Part shown: positions 28,907-38,169 of the stretch, in pieces
How positions within the stretch are numbered: the first letter of the stretch is position 1
Layout: every line of letters begins with the position of its first letter
Virus record (IMG/VR): IMGVR_UViG_3300049437_000074
Location: 1-56,484 of that record
Origin: a virus
Lineage: Duplodnaviria > Caudoviricetes
DNA length: 56,484 nucleotides
Strand: one strand, 5' to 3'
The notes under the pieces: model-generated
Told to the model about the DNA's origin: nothing
What the model saw: the letters and a program-made list of their open reading frames with translations, nothing else
Database searches by the model: none
Translations under genes and position numbers: made by a program

Positions 28907-30448
28907 ATGATAACACAAGCCAACTCGTTTAGAATACCAATGAAAGACAATAGCGTACACTGCGCGGTGAGCAGTTTTCCGTATTGGGGCTTGAGGTCTT
29001 ACGACCTTCCACCGATCATCTTAGGCGGGCGCGACGATTGCCGGCACGTGTGGCAAACGGTTGTCAAACATCGAGAATCGGGCGGGCCTCAGATAGAGCA
29101 GACAAAATCAGGTAAAGCAACAACGTCTATAATTCAGGCGCAACGGGATACCGAAAGCCAAATCTGTTCTACCTGCGGCGCGTTCTATGGCTCCTTCGGC
29201 CTTGAGCCTACAATGTCGCTCCACGTTGCCAACGCCGTTATTGTCAGCCGGGAAATCAAGCGAGTGCTGCACCCAACGGGTACATTCTGGCTGAATTATG
29301 GTGACAGCTTCGCAACCGCCCGCAACGGGCGCAGCGCAGCCGATGGCAAGGCAACGGGGAACGATGATAGAACCTTTAGGGATAAGCCATTCAGTACGGC
29401 AGGGGAGTTGCCGGAAAAGAATTTGTGCGGGATTCCCTGGCGGGTGGCTATCGCTCTGCAAGAGGACGGGTGGATACTTCGGGCCGCGCCACCCTGGATA
29501 AAACGCAACGCCATGCCGGAATCGGTACAGGACAGGCCGGGCAATGCGCATGAGTATGTGTTTATGCTGACAAAGGGAAAGAAATATTACTACGATGTTG
29601 AATCTGTGAGACGTGCATCTGTTGTAAAATCTCAAGATGAGGCATTAAAAAGAGCGGGTAATTATGGGGCTGGATATGATAAGTGGGTGGATAGTGGCGG
29701 GTATAGAGGCAACGGTGGATTAGGAGAAAATATAAAATTCAACCCCGCAGGCCGCGCCCTCCGAACCTCCGACTTCTTCTTTGATTGCCTTGACTCCTAC
29801 ATTGCCCACCTGCAATCCATCAGAGACAACGGCGGCATGCTGCTGGACAGCACCGGCATGCCGGAGGCGCTGATTGTCAACCCAACCCCATATAGATTCG
29901 CACACTTCGCAACATTTCCACCGGCCCTTGTTTCTCCGATGATCCAGGCCAGCACCAGTCAGGCCGGGGTTTGCCCAAAGTGTGGCAATCCCTGGCAGCG
30001 GGTCAAAGAACCCACGCCGGAATATGCCGCGCTGCTGGGTAAGGATTGGGCCGATTATGAGCAGGATGCAATAGAGGGCCGGGGTCATTCCGTATCACCC
30101 CAGCGCCCAACCAAGCGCAACGGGGCGAGCGTTACGGCGGCTTATCAAACCACCGGCTGGAAACCGTCTTGCGATTGCATCAAAAAAGCTACGCCAAACT
30201 ACGGGATGCAAGGCGGGGAACTTCTGGAAATAGTCGAGCAAGTAGCTCAGGAATTTGCGCCGATTCCCGCCGTGATTTTGGATCCATTTTGTGGAAGTGG
30301 CACCGTCGGGCAGGTTTGCAATGAGTTGGGCCGCCGATTCATCGGCCTTGACCTAAATCCTGTCTATCTCTCCGAAAATGCTTTACCCAGGAGCGAAGGA
30401 AAAACAAGCCAAAAGTCCCTTGAAACTTTACCAATGTTTGCAGCATAA
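28907..30448 (+). CDS. DNA amino-methyltransferase (N4C/N6A, beta class) with insertions
   Basis: SSFPYWGLRSY, GTFWLNYGDS, HEYVFML, HFATFP, LDPFCGSGT. Confidence 0.9.
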   Translation: MITQANSFRIPMKDNSVHCAVSSFPYWGLRSYDLPPIILGGRDDCRHVWQTVVKHRESGGPQIEQTKSGKATTSIIQAQRDTESQICSTCGAFYGSFGLEPTMSLHVANAVIVSREIKRVLHPTGTFWLNYGDSFATARNGRSAADGKATGNDDRTFRDKPFSTAGELPEKNLCGIPWRVAIALQEDGWILRAAPPWIKRNAMPESVQDRPGNAHEYVFMLTKGKKYYYDVESVRRASVVKSQDEALKRAGNYGAGYDKWVDSGGYRGNGGLGENIKFNPAGRALRTSDFFFDCLDSYIAHLQSIRDNGGMLLDSTGMPEALIVNPTPYRFAHFATFPPALVSPMIQASTSQAGVCPKCGNPWQRVKEPTPEYAALLGKDWADYEQDAIEGRGHSVSPQRPTKRNGASVTAAYQTTGWKPSCDCIKKATPNYGMQGGELLEIVEQVAQEFAPIPAVILDPFCGSGTVGQVCNELGRRFIGLDLNPVYLSENALPRSEGKTSQKSLETLPMFAA

Positions 30449-31396
30449 ACGAAAGGAGTCCCCAATGTCCAAACCCCGCATCCCCTACGGCGGCGGCCTG
30501 CCCCCAGCGCCCGCAGGTATAACCCCCGCCGAGCGCGTAGAGGCTGCCCGGCATCGGTATTACACCGAAAGTAAAGCGGCCCGCGAATTGAATCGGCAGC
30601 CGGTTGCTAACCAGGTGGAACCAACTCGCCCGCTAGACTGCAACCACCAAAATCTACTTGTGATGTCATCCAGGGCAATGGGAACTGATGATAACAGCCA
30701 CCGCTATGAGGTTCGACTTTGCCGGGTCTGTGGTCACTTCTCTGTTTGGGGCGAGCAGAACGGAGAGCATTTTGATTTTGGATTTGAGCTTGTCAGAGAC
30801 GAATACATAGAGGCGGCGGGTCGGTATATTGAATATTTGAATTTAGCAGAGGCGCGGCGGGTGGTGGGAAGATGACCAACCAAATTAACCGATGGATGCT
30901 AATCCCGCCAGGTGGCCCGTCTGGTCCATTTTGGGGCGTGATGGCTCAAAACGGCAATATGAAGGCGTTACGAATGGTAGACCAGACAACCGCTGAATTT
31001 CTGGTACTGGCCGGCAACGTGGCGCAATGTGATTTTGATCTGGTTCACAATGCGGGTATACGACTGAGAGAGATACTGGAGCGCGACTTTCCAGACAACA
31101 GCCCTGATGAAATGCCAATAACACCGGGTGATGAGGACTATGTTATCAGGTCGGTTTTAGAGGCTATTTTTGGGGTGCGCAATGGTTGAAAAATGTCATT
31201 ACTGCGGCCTTGAATATCACCCGATGTTGCCCGCCACCAAAGACGGCGAATGGATTTTTGTCTGCGATGTGCGCTTTACTTTTGACGAAAAAGGCGACCT
31301 TGTTTCAATACTCCCCACCCAGGAGTGTACAGACAAGGCGGTAAAGGACGGGTACATATTGCGGTGGGATAAGAAGCGGAGCCGGTAAAGTGACCC

Positions 31397-31440
31397 TGAT
31401 ATATCACCCCCTTGCAATCACCGGCAAAATGCGCTATACT
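31397..31440 (+). promoter_or_regulatory. Late promoter 1 with upstream TGATATATCA palindrome
   Basis: TGATATATCA-5-TTGCAA-17-TATACT; same layout as 43975-44018. Confidence 0.7.
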
Positions 31441-31570
31441 ACTCACAACGGGGCTTAGCATCCAAACGGATAGCCGCCAAGCGCCCCAGCACGCTAACCA
31501 CCGGTACACCCACCGGAGGCACAATTGACGAAAATATCACGGCCCAACGCGGGCCATAATTTGAGTTACA

Positions 31571-31616
31571 AAGGTCACTGGACCGGGCAGAGCGCCCGGC
31601 TTTGTGGCCTTTTTTG
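31571..31616 (+). terminator. Leader terminator downstream of late promoter 1
   Basis: AAGGTCAC..CCGGGC-AGAGC-GCCCGG..GTGGCCTT plus T-run. Confidence 0.6.
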
Positions 31617-31822
31617 TTTGGTGGAGATATGGGCTACATCGCAGAAGTAATCAAGGAAGGTGATCGTACTGGGCATCACCATTGCTATAGTAACACGGTT
31701 ACAGGAGTTGTTTCTAAGCCCTGGTACTGGTGTGAGAAATGCCAATGTATGGTCAGTTCAAAATGTGACCACCGCCGGTCAATGTGCAAGAGGCGGGTTA
31801 AGGCCGTAAAGGTAAGTGAGAA

Positions 31823-31996
31823 ATGACCTTTTACTTCGTCCCCCCGCTTGTAATCGCCATCGTTTGTGCGCTGGTATCCCTGTGGGCCTGGAGTAGATAC
31901 CGCCCCCTGGCAATCCTGGCTATTGTGGCTTTTGGCGGCGCGTGGTTTATAGCTGTGTTTTTTTTAGTTGAGCCGCTGACAAAGCAACTATTTTAG
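31823..31996 (+). CDS. 57-aa two-TM membrane protein (holin candidate; not in ORF track)
   Basis: MTFYFVPPLVIAIVCALVSLWAWSRYRPLAILAIVAFGGAWFIAVFFLVEPLTKQLF. Confidence 0.5.
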   Translation: MTFYFVPPLVIAIVCALVSLWAWSRYRPLAILAIVAFGGAWFIAVFFLVEPLTKQLF

Positions 31997-32120
31997 CGGC
32001 TTATTCGTTGACCAAGCGCCGGAGTGAAATGTTGTCGCACTTCACCCCGGCAGACGCGGGAATGGAGCTTCCCGGCCTTAAGGTATTATAGCATACTTTA
32101 AGGCTAAATGTTAAGATGCT

Positions 32121-32393
32121 GTGGAGATTCCTGTAAGTGAGTTTTTGGTTTTCGGCGCTATCATTCTGGCTATCGGCGTAGTTCTTATAGTTGTTCTGGC
32201 CGGTGGGATTATCTCCCTTATTGACCGGGCCGACCTACGCAAAGAACGCCGCCGGTTAGCCGACGAAAACAAATCCTTAACAACCGAAGTTTTCGAGCTA
32301 CGGGGTCGGGTAATGATCCTCGAAGCCAAGTTACTGGCCGCACTTGAGCAGATTCAAACCCTGAGCGCCAGCCTGAGCGGGCCGCCCGAATGA
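32121..32393 (+). CDS. TM plus coiled-coil protein
   Basis: Long hydrophobic N-terminus, then heptad repeat; ATGA-coupled to receiver gene 1. Confidence 0.65.
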   Translation: MEIPVSEFLVFGAIILAIGVVLIVVLAGGIISLIDRADLRKERRRLADENKSLTTEVFELRGRVMILEAKLLAALEQIQTLSASLSGPPE

Positions 32394-32935
32394 AGTCCGT
32401 ACTCTTGGTAGAGGACCAAAACGGCTTTATTGCCCAGGCCATTTTGGAGAGTTACGGCGGCATGCGTGTGACGCTGACCGCCAGGGGTGATGAGGCGATT
32501 GAAAAGCTGGCCGGTGAAACATTTGACGGGGTAATCTTGGATCTCCGTTTACCAGTAGTCAGCGGTTTTGTGGTCCTGGAAGCTATCAAGCGAATTGACC
32601 CAAACACGCCGGTGGTAGTGTTATCGGCTTTTGGTGACAAGGTTAGCCGCGAACACGCCGCCCGCCTGGGAGCCGATGGCTACATTGTCAAGCCGCCGGA
32701 TTACCGTAAGCTTCACGACAAAATATCTGGCCTGATGGCACAGCGCCAGGCGACGGAAGCGGCAAACCACCGCTTTGATACCTTGACCCTAACCGGCGAT
32801 AACGGCCAAAAAATAGCCAAGATGCGCCGGCTGCAAAAGCTCAAAGAGCAGGCGGCGAAAATGGGAATGAACACCCCGCCGGATATAACGATTGAGATAG
32901 AGGATTTAGAGGGAGAAATAGCGGAATGGCGCTGA
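32390..32935 (+). CDS. Response regulator receiver (CheY-like) with short helical C-terminal module
   Basis: VLLVED, ILDLRLP (phospho-Asp), LSA and YIVKP are all intact. Confidence 0.92.
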   Translation: MKSVLLVEDQNGFIAQAILESYGGMRVTLTARGDEAIEKLAGETFDGVILDLRLPVVSGFVVLEAIKRIDPNTPVVVLSAFGDKVSREHAARLGADGYIVKPPDYRKLHDKISGLMAQRQATEAANHRFDTLTLTGDNGQKIAKMRRLQKLKEQAAKMGMNTPPDITIEIEDLEGEIAEWR

Positions 32936-33456
32936 TACTTTTGATAGATGATGAGGAAATGGTGCGAGATGTAATCCGGCACACGTTGGCCGATGAGCAT
33001 ATGATAGTTGAGGCGTCAACCGGCCTGGATGCGCTGCGGCTGGTAAAGCTGGCAAAACCGAGTTTGGTCATTCTGGACATTCACCTCGGCACCGAACCAG
33101 AGGGGCCGGAAGTCTGCAAAATCCTACACGATAATCCTACGCTGGCTGGTATGCCGATTTTGGCTATATCCGGCTGGGCGGACCGCGATGAAATCAGCAA
33201 TATTTTAATCAGAGACGGGGCGGTCACGTTTCTGGACAAGCCATTCACGCCGACCGAATTAGTAACCGTAGTCACCTATTTACTGGCTCAAAACAAAGGA
33301 CAATTAGCCCGGCTGATAAACGCGCTGGGCGAGAATGCTTTAACCAACGAAATCCACGCCGCTATCACAAACGGCAATTCCTACAAGATTGTGCGTTCAC
33401 TTGAGGCCGGAATCGCACTGGCTAAAGCTGAGTTTGTAGATGAGGAAAAAGAGTAG
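32926..33456 (+). CDS. Response regulator receiver (CheY-like) with uncharacterised C-terminal extension
   Basis: ILLIDDE, ILDIHL, ISG, FLDKPF. Confidence 0.92.
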   Translation: MALILLIDDEEMVRDVIRHTLADEHMIVEASTGLDALRLVKLAKPSLVILDIHLGTEPEGPEVCKILHDNPTLAGMPILAISGWADRDEISNILIRDGAVTFLDKPFTPTELVTVVTYLLAQNKGQLARLINALGENALTNEIHAAITNGNSYKIVRSLEAGIALAKAEFVDEEKE

Positions 33457-33968
33457 TGGCCGCAAATGACGAGTCCATTCTAAAGCGATTGGAGGAACTT
33501 GTTCCCTCAGTTGATGCCATCGCCCGCGCCCTACAGGTTGACCACGAAACGGCCAAACGACTATATCAACATAACCTATTGCGCCATGCCGCGCTGGTTG
33601 AATATCGAGCGGAGGGCGGTGAAGAGGTAGCGGAATCTCCTGAAGCTTACGCCGAGCAAATGGACCGGTCCGAAGACCTAGACCAGATCGTTGCCGATTC
33701 CAGCGATGCGCTTTCCGCCGAATCCGATCTGGTTTCCAGCCAGCGGGTTAATATGAGTAAGGTAGAAGATTTTGCCGAGCAACAGGCCGGAGCCGCTACA
33801 GTTACCAGAAACGCCCGCAGGGTGCATATGGTTTTTGACGACGTGAGTATTCAGCAGGTTTTAGAAGATTTCCATTTGCCCGCTGTTACTAAGGCTGCAA
33901 GAAGAATGAAATTACTCAGAATCAGGCAACTCATTGACGCCCTGATGGATGCGACTGAGGGCCGATGA
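33456..33968 (+). CDS. Acidic helical hypothetical protein
   Basis: 170 aa; coupled to receiver gene 2. Confidence 0.6.
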   Translation: MAANDESILKRLEELVPSVDAIARALQVDHETAKRLYQHNLLRHAALVEYRAEGGEEVAESPEAYAEQMDRSEDLDQIVADSSDALSAESDLVSSQRVNMSKVEDFAEQQAGAATVTRNARRVHMVFDDVSIQQVLEDFHLPAVTKAARRMKLLRIRQLIDALMDATEGR

Positions 33969-34084
33969 TAGCCCTACTCTCCCAAATTGACGCCGCCGGC
34001 CTCATTGTCGGCTTGATCGTTGCCCTGATTGCGGCTGCGCTGGCCGGGATGCTGACTTGGTGGTTTGGGAGGAAAGATACCTGA
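33965..34084 (+). CDS. 39-aa single-TM peptide (not in ORF track)
   Basis: MIALLSQIDAAGLIVGLIVALIAAALAGMLTWWFGRKDT; ATGA overlap. Confidence 0.5.
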   Translation: MIALLSQIDAAGLIVGLIVALIAAALAGMLTWWFGRKDT

Positions 34085-34527
34085 AACAGGTAGAAATCAG
34101 AGCGAAATAGGAGACAACGTTATGGACGAAGCACTAAAGAAAATCGTTGACCTCATTAATAACTATGTTGGCGGCCTTATCAACGTGGCCGAAATGCCGG
34201 ACGCCGATAAAGCCGAACTCAAAGCGCACCTGTTGGCGGCTGAAAATATCCTGCTCAAAAATGGTAACGTCAAGTTGCAGCAGGTCGTTAGCTCTATTGC
34301 CGGTGCGGTATTGAGCCGGTTTTAGGGCGACAAATGACACACGTTACACCCACCACAAGCCCCACCACGCCCCTACACGGCGCACCACCTAAAAAACTAT
34401 GCGGCACCCGGCCCCGCGCCGGAAATCGGCGGCATAGCGGCGGGCTGTGAGGTGATACGGTGGGGGTTTGGAGTGAGGGAAAGCGGGGCGATTGCGGCAG
34501 GATGGGCGCTACGGAAAAAGAGATTTG

Positions 34528-35478
34528 ATGACTAAGGAAACTATTGACATTTGGCCTGATAAGTTCCTAAAACGAGAGCTATTGACCGCTGGTGAGCTTG
34601 CCCAGCGTTTCAATATCCTTAACCCCCGTAGCCACCCCGAATCCCAACGCTCCGCTACTGAGTCCAGCCTTGATACTGTAGGCTGGTTTGATGAGATAAG
34701 TTTATCTATCAACGGCGATGGGCCGGCGTCTCTGCTTGACAACCCCGACGCCGTTATGTTTGATGGTCACGAGCGCGTAGTCCTGGCTTTGGCGCGGGCA
34801 GGTGAAGGTGGGCTTGTGCCGGTCAAGTGGTACGGCTTAACCCCGGCTGAAACGGACTTCGCTCTTTTGGTCAAAGACCAGATAACAGAGATGGCAGAGA
34901 CAAAGTCGACTGAGTTAGCCGCTTTGTTAGAGCGCACTAAAACAATGACGGTTGACCCGCGTCTGGCCGGGATGTTAGAGACACTAAAGCAGCGGGCGGC
35001 TGATGGGTTGTTAAACCAACAAGGGAACGGCGCAAGCGGACAAGGGCAAGCAGATTTTGTTAGCTTATCAGACCGTTTCATAGTTCCCCCTTTTAGCGTA
35101 CTTGATGCCAGACAAGGCTATTGGCAGGAACGCAAGCGGGCGTGGTTGGTGCTGGGGATTCAAAGCGAATTAGGGCGGGGTGAAAACCTGCAAGGGTTAT
35201 CAGAGAGTAACGATACTGATCGTTACTCTAAACAGGAGTATTTATCCCGCAAGCCCAACGCCACGCCCGGCGGGTCGCCGCTGGAAGCGGCGACCCTAAA
35301 GAACGGCAAAACCGTTAGAGGCGACGGACGCGGCAGACCCCTAGACGAAAACCCCGGGGGGGGTAACACGGATGGCAATGCACAACGACCCGATGCAGCG
35401 CAAGCGAAAATACGACGCGGCTACGCCAGAACCTTCGGACAAGATTTGATGAGAGGGGAGCATAAGATTGAAAGATAA
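34528..35478 (+). CDS. ParB-like N-terminal domain fused to the N-terminal part of a DNA methyltransferase
   Basis: NPRSH...GW...DGHER ParB motifs, then SLSDRFIVPPFSVLDARQGYWQERKRAW..LGIQSELGR, followed by low-conservation modules. Confidence 0.75.
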   Translation: MTKETIDIWPDKFLKRELLTAGELAQRFNILNPRSHPESQRSATESSLDTVGWFDEISLSINGDGPASLLDNPDAVMFDGHERVVLALARAGEGGLVPVKWYGLTPAETDFALLVKDQITEMAETKSTELAALLERTKTMTVDPRLAGMLETLKQRAADGLLNQQGNGASGQGQADFVSLSDRFIVPPFSVLDARQGYWQERKRAWLVLGIQSELGRGENLQGLSESNDTDRYSKQEYLSRKPNATPGGSPLEAATLKNGKTVRGDGRGRPLDENPGGGNTDGNAQRPDAAQAKIRRGYARTFGQDLMRGEHKIER

Positions 35479-35572
35479 AGCTGTGCCAGGTGGCAGCAGA
35501 TGGCCCGCTTCCAAAATAGGCCAGGATGGCAAATTTGGCCGGGCTGATTTACATATGCGGGGGGGCAAGTGA
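35468..35572 (+). CDS. 34-aa peptide module between the two methyltransferase halves (not in ORF track)
   Basis: TTG start with GGGGAG RBS; KDKAVPGGSRWPASKIGQDGKFGRADLHMRGGK resembles NATPGGSPLEAATLKNGKTVRGDGRG upstream; GTGA overlap with the next ORF. Confidence 0.45.
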   Translation: MKDKAVPGGSRWPASKIGQDGKFGRADLHMRGGK

Positions 35573-36420
35573 GTAGCCCAGCATTTCGACCTAATGAGGA
35601 TTTACCAGAAGAAACCCAACGCAAGTTAGGCGGTTATATGGCAAACGGCGCGGTCATAGACCGCGCCGAGGGTGGGTCAACTGGCACGTCCATTTTTGAC
35701 CCCGTTCTATGTGAGCTTGCCTACCGCTGGTTTTGCCCTCCCGATGGCCTTATTCTTGACCCCTTTGCCGGCGGCTCAGTACGCGGTATTGTCGCCGCCA
35801 TGCTAGGTAGGCGATATATCGGTATAGATTTAAGGCCGGAACAGGTAGAGGCAAACCGGGCGCAGGCGCAGCAGATAACGCCGGATAATTTACCCGTCTG
35901 GATTGTGGGAGATAGCCGCAATTTAAGCGAGCTAATCAGCCAGCCGCTTGACTTTATCTTTTCTTGCCCGCCTTATTATGACTTTGAAGTATATAGCGAC
36001 GATCCGCAGGATTTAAGCACAGTGGCAACTTATCGGGAGTTTATAGAGCTTTACCGGGCTATCATTGCTCAGGCGGTTGGCCTGTTAAAGCCAGACCGCT
36101 TTGCCTGTTTTGTTGTCGGGGATATACGGGATAAAAAGGGCTTTTACTGTAACTTTGTCAGCGACACCACCAATGCGTTTCAAGACGCCGGGGCGATGCT
36201 TTACAATGAGGCTGTGCTGATAACGGCGGTGGGCAGTTTGCCGATTCGCGTGGGTAAACAATTTGAGGCCGGGCGTAAGCTGGGCAAGACCCATCAAAAT
36301 GTACTGGTATTCTGTAAGGGCGACCCCCGCAAAGCTACCGAGGCTATAGGGCCGGTTGAGGTATGGCTTCCTGAGACAGAGGCAGAATCGGGCGAGTATG
36401 GCGAGGAGTTGGTATTGTGA
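35569..36420 (+). CDS. DNA amino-methyltransferase catalytic part
   Basis: GTSIFDPVLCELAYRWF, LDPFAGGSVRG (SAM binding), FSCPPY (catalytic variant), KTHQNVLVF. Confidence 0.88.
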   Translation: MSSPAFRPNEDLPEETQRKLGGYMANGAVIDRAEGGSTGTSIFDPVLCELAYRWFCPPDGLILDPFAGGSVRGIVAAMLGRRYIGIDLRPEQVEANRAQAQQITPDNLPVWIVGDSRNLSELISQPLDFIFSCPPYYDFEVYSDDPQDLSTVATYREFIELYRAIIAQAVGLLKPDRFACFVVGDIRDKKGFYCNFVSDTTNAFQDAGAMLYNEAVLITAVGSLPIRVGKQFEAGRKLGKTHQNVLVFCKGDPRKATEAIGPVEVWLPETEAESGEYGEELVL

Positions 36421-37157
36421 ATTTACCCGCGCCGATTGTTGAAGATCATAATGGTATAGCCGTTGTCAGGGATGACCTTATACCCGGAGGCACAAAAGCC
36501 CGTTACTTGATAGAGTTATTTAGCCGGTATGATGAGATTGTTTATGCTACCCCCGCTTACGGCGGCGCTCAATTAGCCCTTGCCTATTGCGCCAGAGTAA
36601 CCGGCAAAAAGGCGACTCTATTTGTAGCTAAACGCAAACAGCCCCACGCCAGAACCTTAGAGGCTCACAAGGTAGGGGCGCGGGTATTTCAAGTGCCTAA
36701 CGGCTATCTATCAAATGTCCAGAGCAAAGCCAAAAAGTACTGTCAGGACAAGGGGGCTTTTTACTTGGAGTTTGGCGGGGAGAGCGAGCAGGCGTTAGAT
36801 TTAATAGCCGAGGCCGGTGCTTATGTTTGGGGTACTTACGGCCCGTTTGAGCAGGTATGGACAGCGGCAGGCAGCGGCGTATTAACGAGGGGATTACAGC
36901 GGGGTATACCGGGTGATTTTGTAGCCGTTCAAATTGGACGGGATATTGACAAGCCGGGCCGGGCTAAAGTAATAAAACACCCCTTACCTTTTGAGAAGGA
37001 ATCGGGCGCTGTGATTCCGTTTCCGTCCTGCCCTAATTATGACCGTAAGGCGTGGGATATTTGCCAGCGGTCAAGTAAAGGCCGGGTATTGTTTTGGAAT
37101 GTTTTAGGGCAATCGCCCACAATTCACACCCAACCCCCGCGCCTCGTTAGCGGGTGA
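36417..37157 (+). CDS. PLP-dependent enzyme, fold type II (ACC deaminase / D-cysteine desulfhydrase-like)
   Basis: VVRDDLIPGGTKAR (Schiff-base Lys), AAGSG phosphate loop, YDRKAW, LFWNV. Confidence 0.8.
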   Translation: MNLPAPIVEDHNGIAVVRDDLIPGGTKARYLIELFSRYDEIVYATPAYGGAQLALAYCARVTGKKATLFVAKRKQPHARTLEAHKVGARVFQVPNGYLSNVQSKAKKYCQDKGAFYLEFGGESEQALDLIAEAGAYVWGTYGPFEQVWTAAGSGVLTRGLQRGIPGDFVAVQIGRDIDKPGRAKVIKHPLPFEKESGAVIPFPSCPNYDRKAWDICQRSSKGRVLFWNVLGQSPTIHTQPPRLVSG

Positions 37158-37170
37158 GCGAAGATACCTT

Positions 37171-37842
37171 ATGACTGAATGGGAACGATTACCAGATGAG
37201 TCAATGAAGTGGTTTTGCCGGTTTGAGGTCTTTCGACTGGCCGGCCCTAACCGCTCACTACTAGGCGTTTACAATACTGAGCAAGACAGGAATAGCCAAA
37301 AAAAGACATACAATGTACCTGGCTCCTGGCGTGATGCTGCTATCAAATATCACTGGCATCAGCGGGCAGAGGCTTACGATGTAGCCGAGCAGCAGCGCAA
37401 AACAGCAGAGAGGGAGGCTTATCTAAGGGGCCTGCCAACGGAGTTTGATGAAAAGTATCGCTACATCCACGAGCAGGCCCTGGCTGCCTGGCTGCGTAGT
37501 CTTGAGGATGCGGTAACGGAAACAAGCGAGATGGTAGAAGTCCCTGAGATGACCAAAGACGCTAAAGGTAATCCAGTGGTAACGACCAGTCAGCGAATGA
37601 AGGCGCAAACCCGCAAAGAAGGGCAATCCGGCAACCCGGCGCTGCTGGCCCAGGCACAGGCGGCGCTGAAGGCCATCCGGGAAATGTTTGGGGTGGATGC
37701 GGCCAGCCGGTCAGACTCCACCACCTTTGAGCTAACCGAGGCCATGCTACGCGAGGCCACGCCTGAGCAGATAGAACAGCTACGCGCCGGAGTCAAGCCG
37801 TGGCTGATATTCGCGGGGCCGGGGGTGGGGGTGGACAAGTGA
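37171..37842 (+). CDS. terS: Terminase small subunit
   Basis: WERLPDES...F..F..GPNRSL...W..RAEAYD pattern; upstream of the large subunit. Confidence 0.7.
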   Translation: MTEWERLPDESMKWFCRFEVFRLAGPNRSLLGVYNTEQDRNSQKKTYNVPGSWRDAAIKYHWHQRAEAYDVAEQQRKTAEREAYLRGLPTEFDEKYRYIHEQALAAWLRSLEDAVTETSEMVEVPEMTKDAKGNPVVTTSQRMKAQTRKEGQSGNPALLAQAQAALKAIREMFGVDAASRSDSTTFELTEAMLREATPEQIEQLRAGVKPWLIFAGPGVGVDK

Positions 37843-38169
37843 GACTCATTCTGTGGCTCCACCTCGCCCTGCTACGGTTGCGCGGATTGCGCCGGGTTGG
37901 AATGGGGGAGTACTGTGAGGAATTGAGATGAGCCAATTTATAACAAATCCATATTACCCTTGGCAGACTTATTTTATTGACACCGGCACGACTGCGAACT
38001 TTAACACCGACAAGCCAAACGGCACAATAACAACCTTCGTTTGGCTATGCGCCTGTGGACAGTACCACCCCGTCGGCCAGGGTTGCCCGTTATCAGAGCT
38101 AAAGCCGGTCAACTGGCGCAAATTTCGACGCTACACCCGTAGAGGGCCGAGTGCAGGCCAGAGGCCGCA

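Noticed and set aside
31449-31560. tRNA-like appearance of the late leader hairpins
   Set aside because: No T-loop (GTTC) or D-loop consensus and no cloverleaf spacing.
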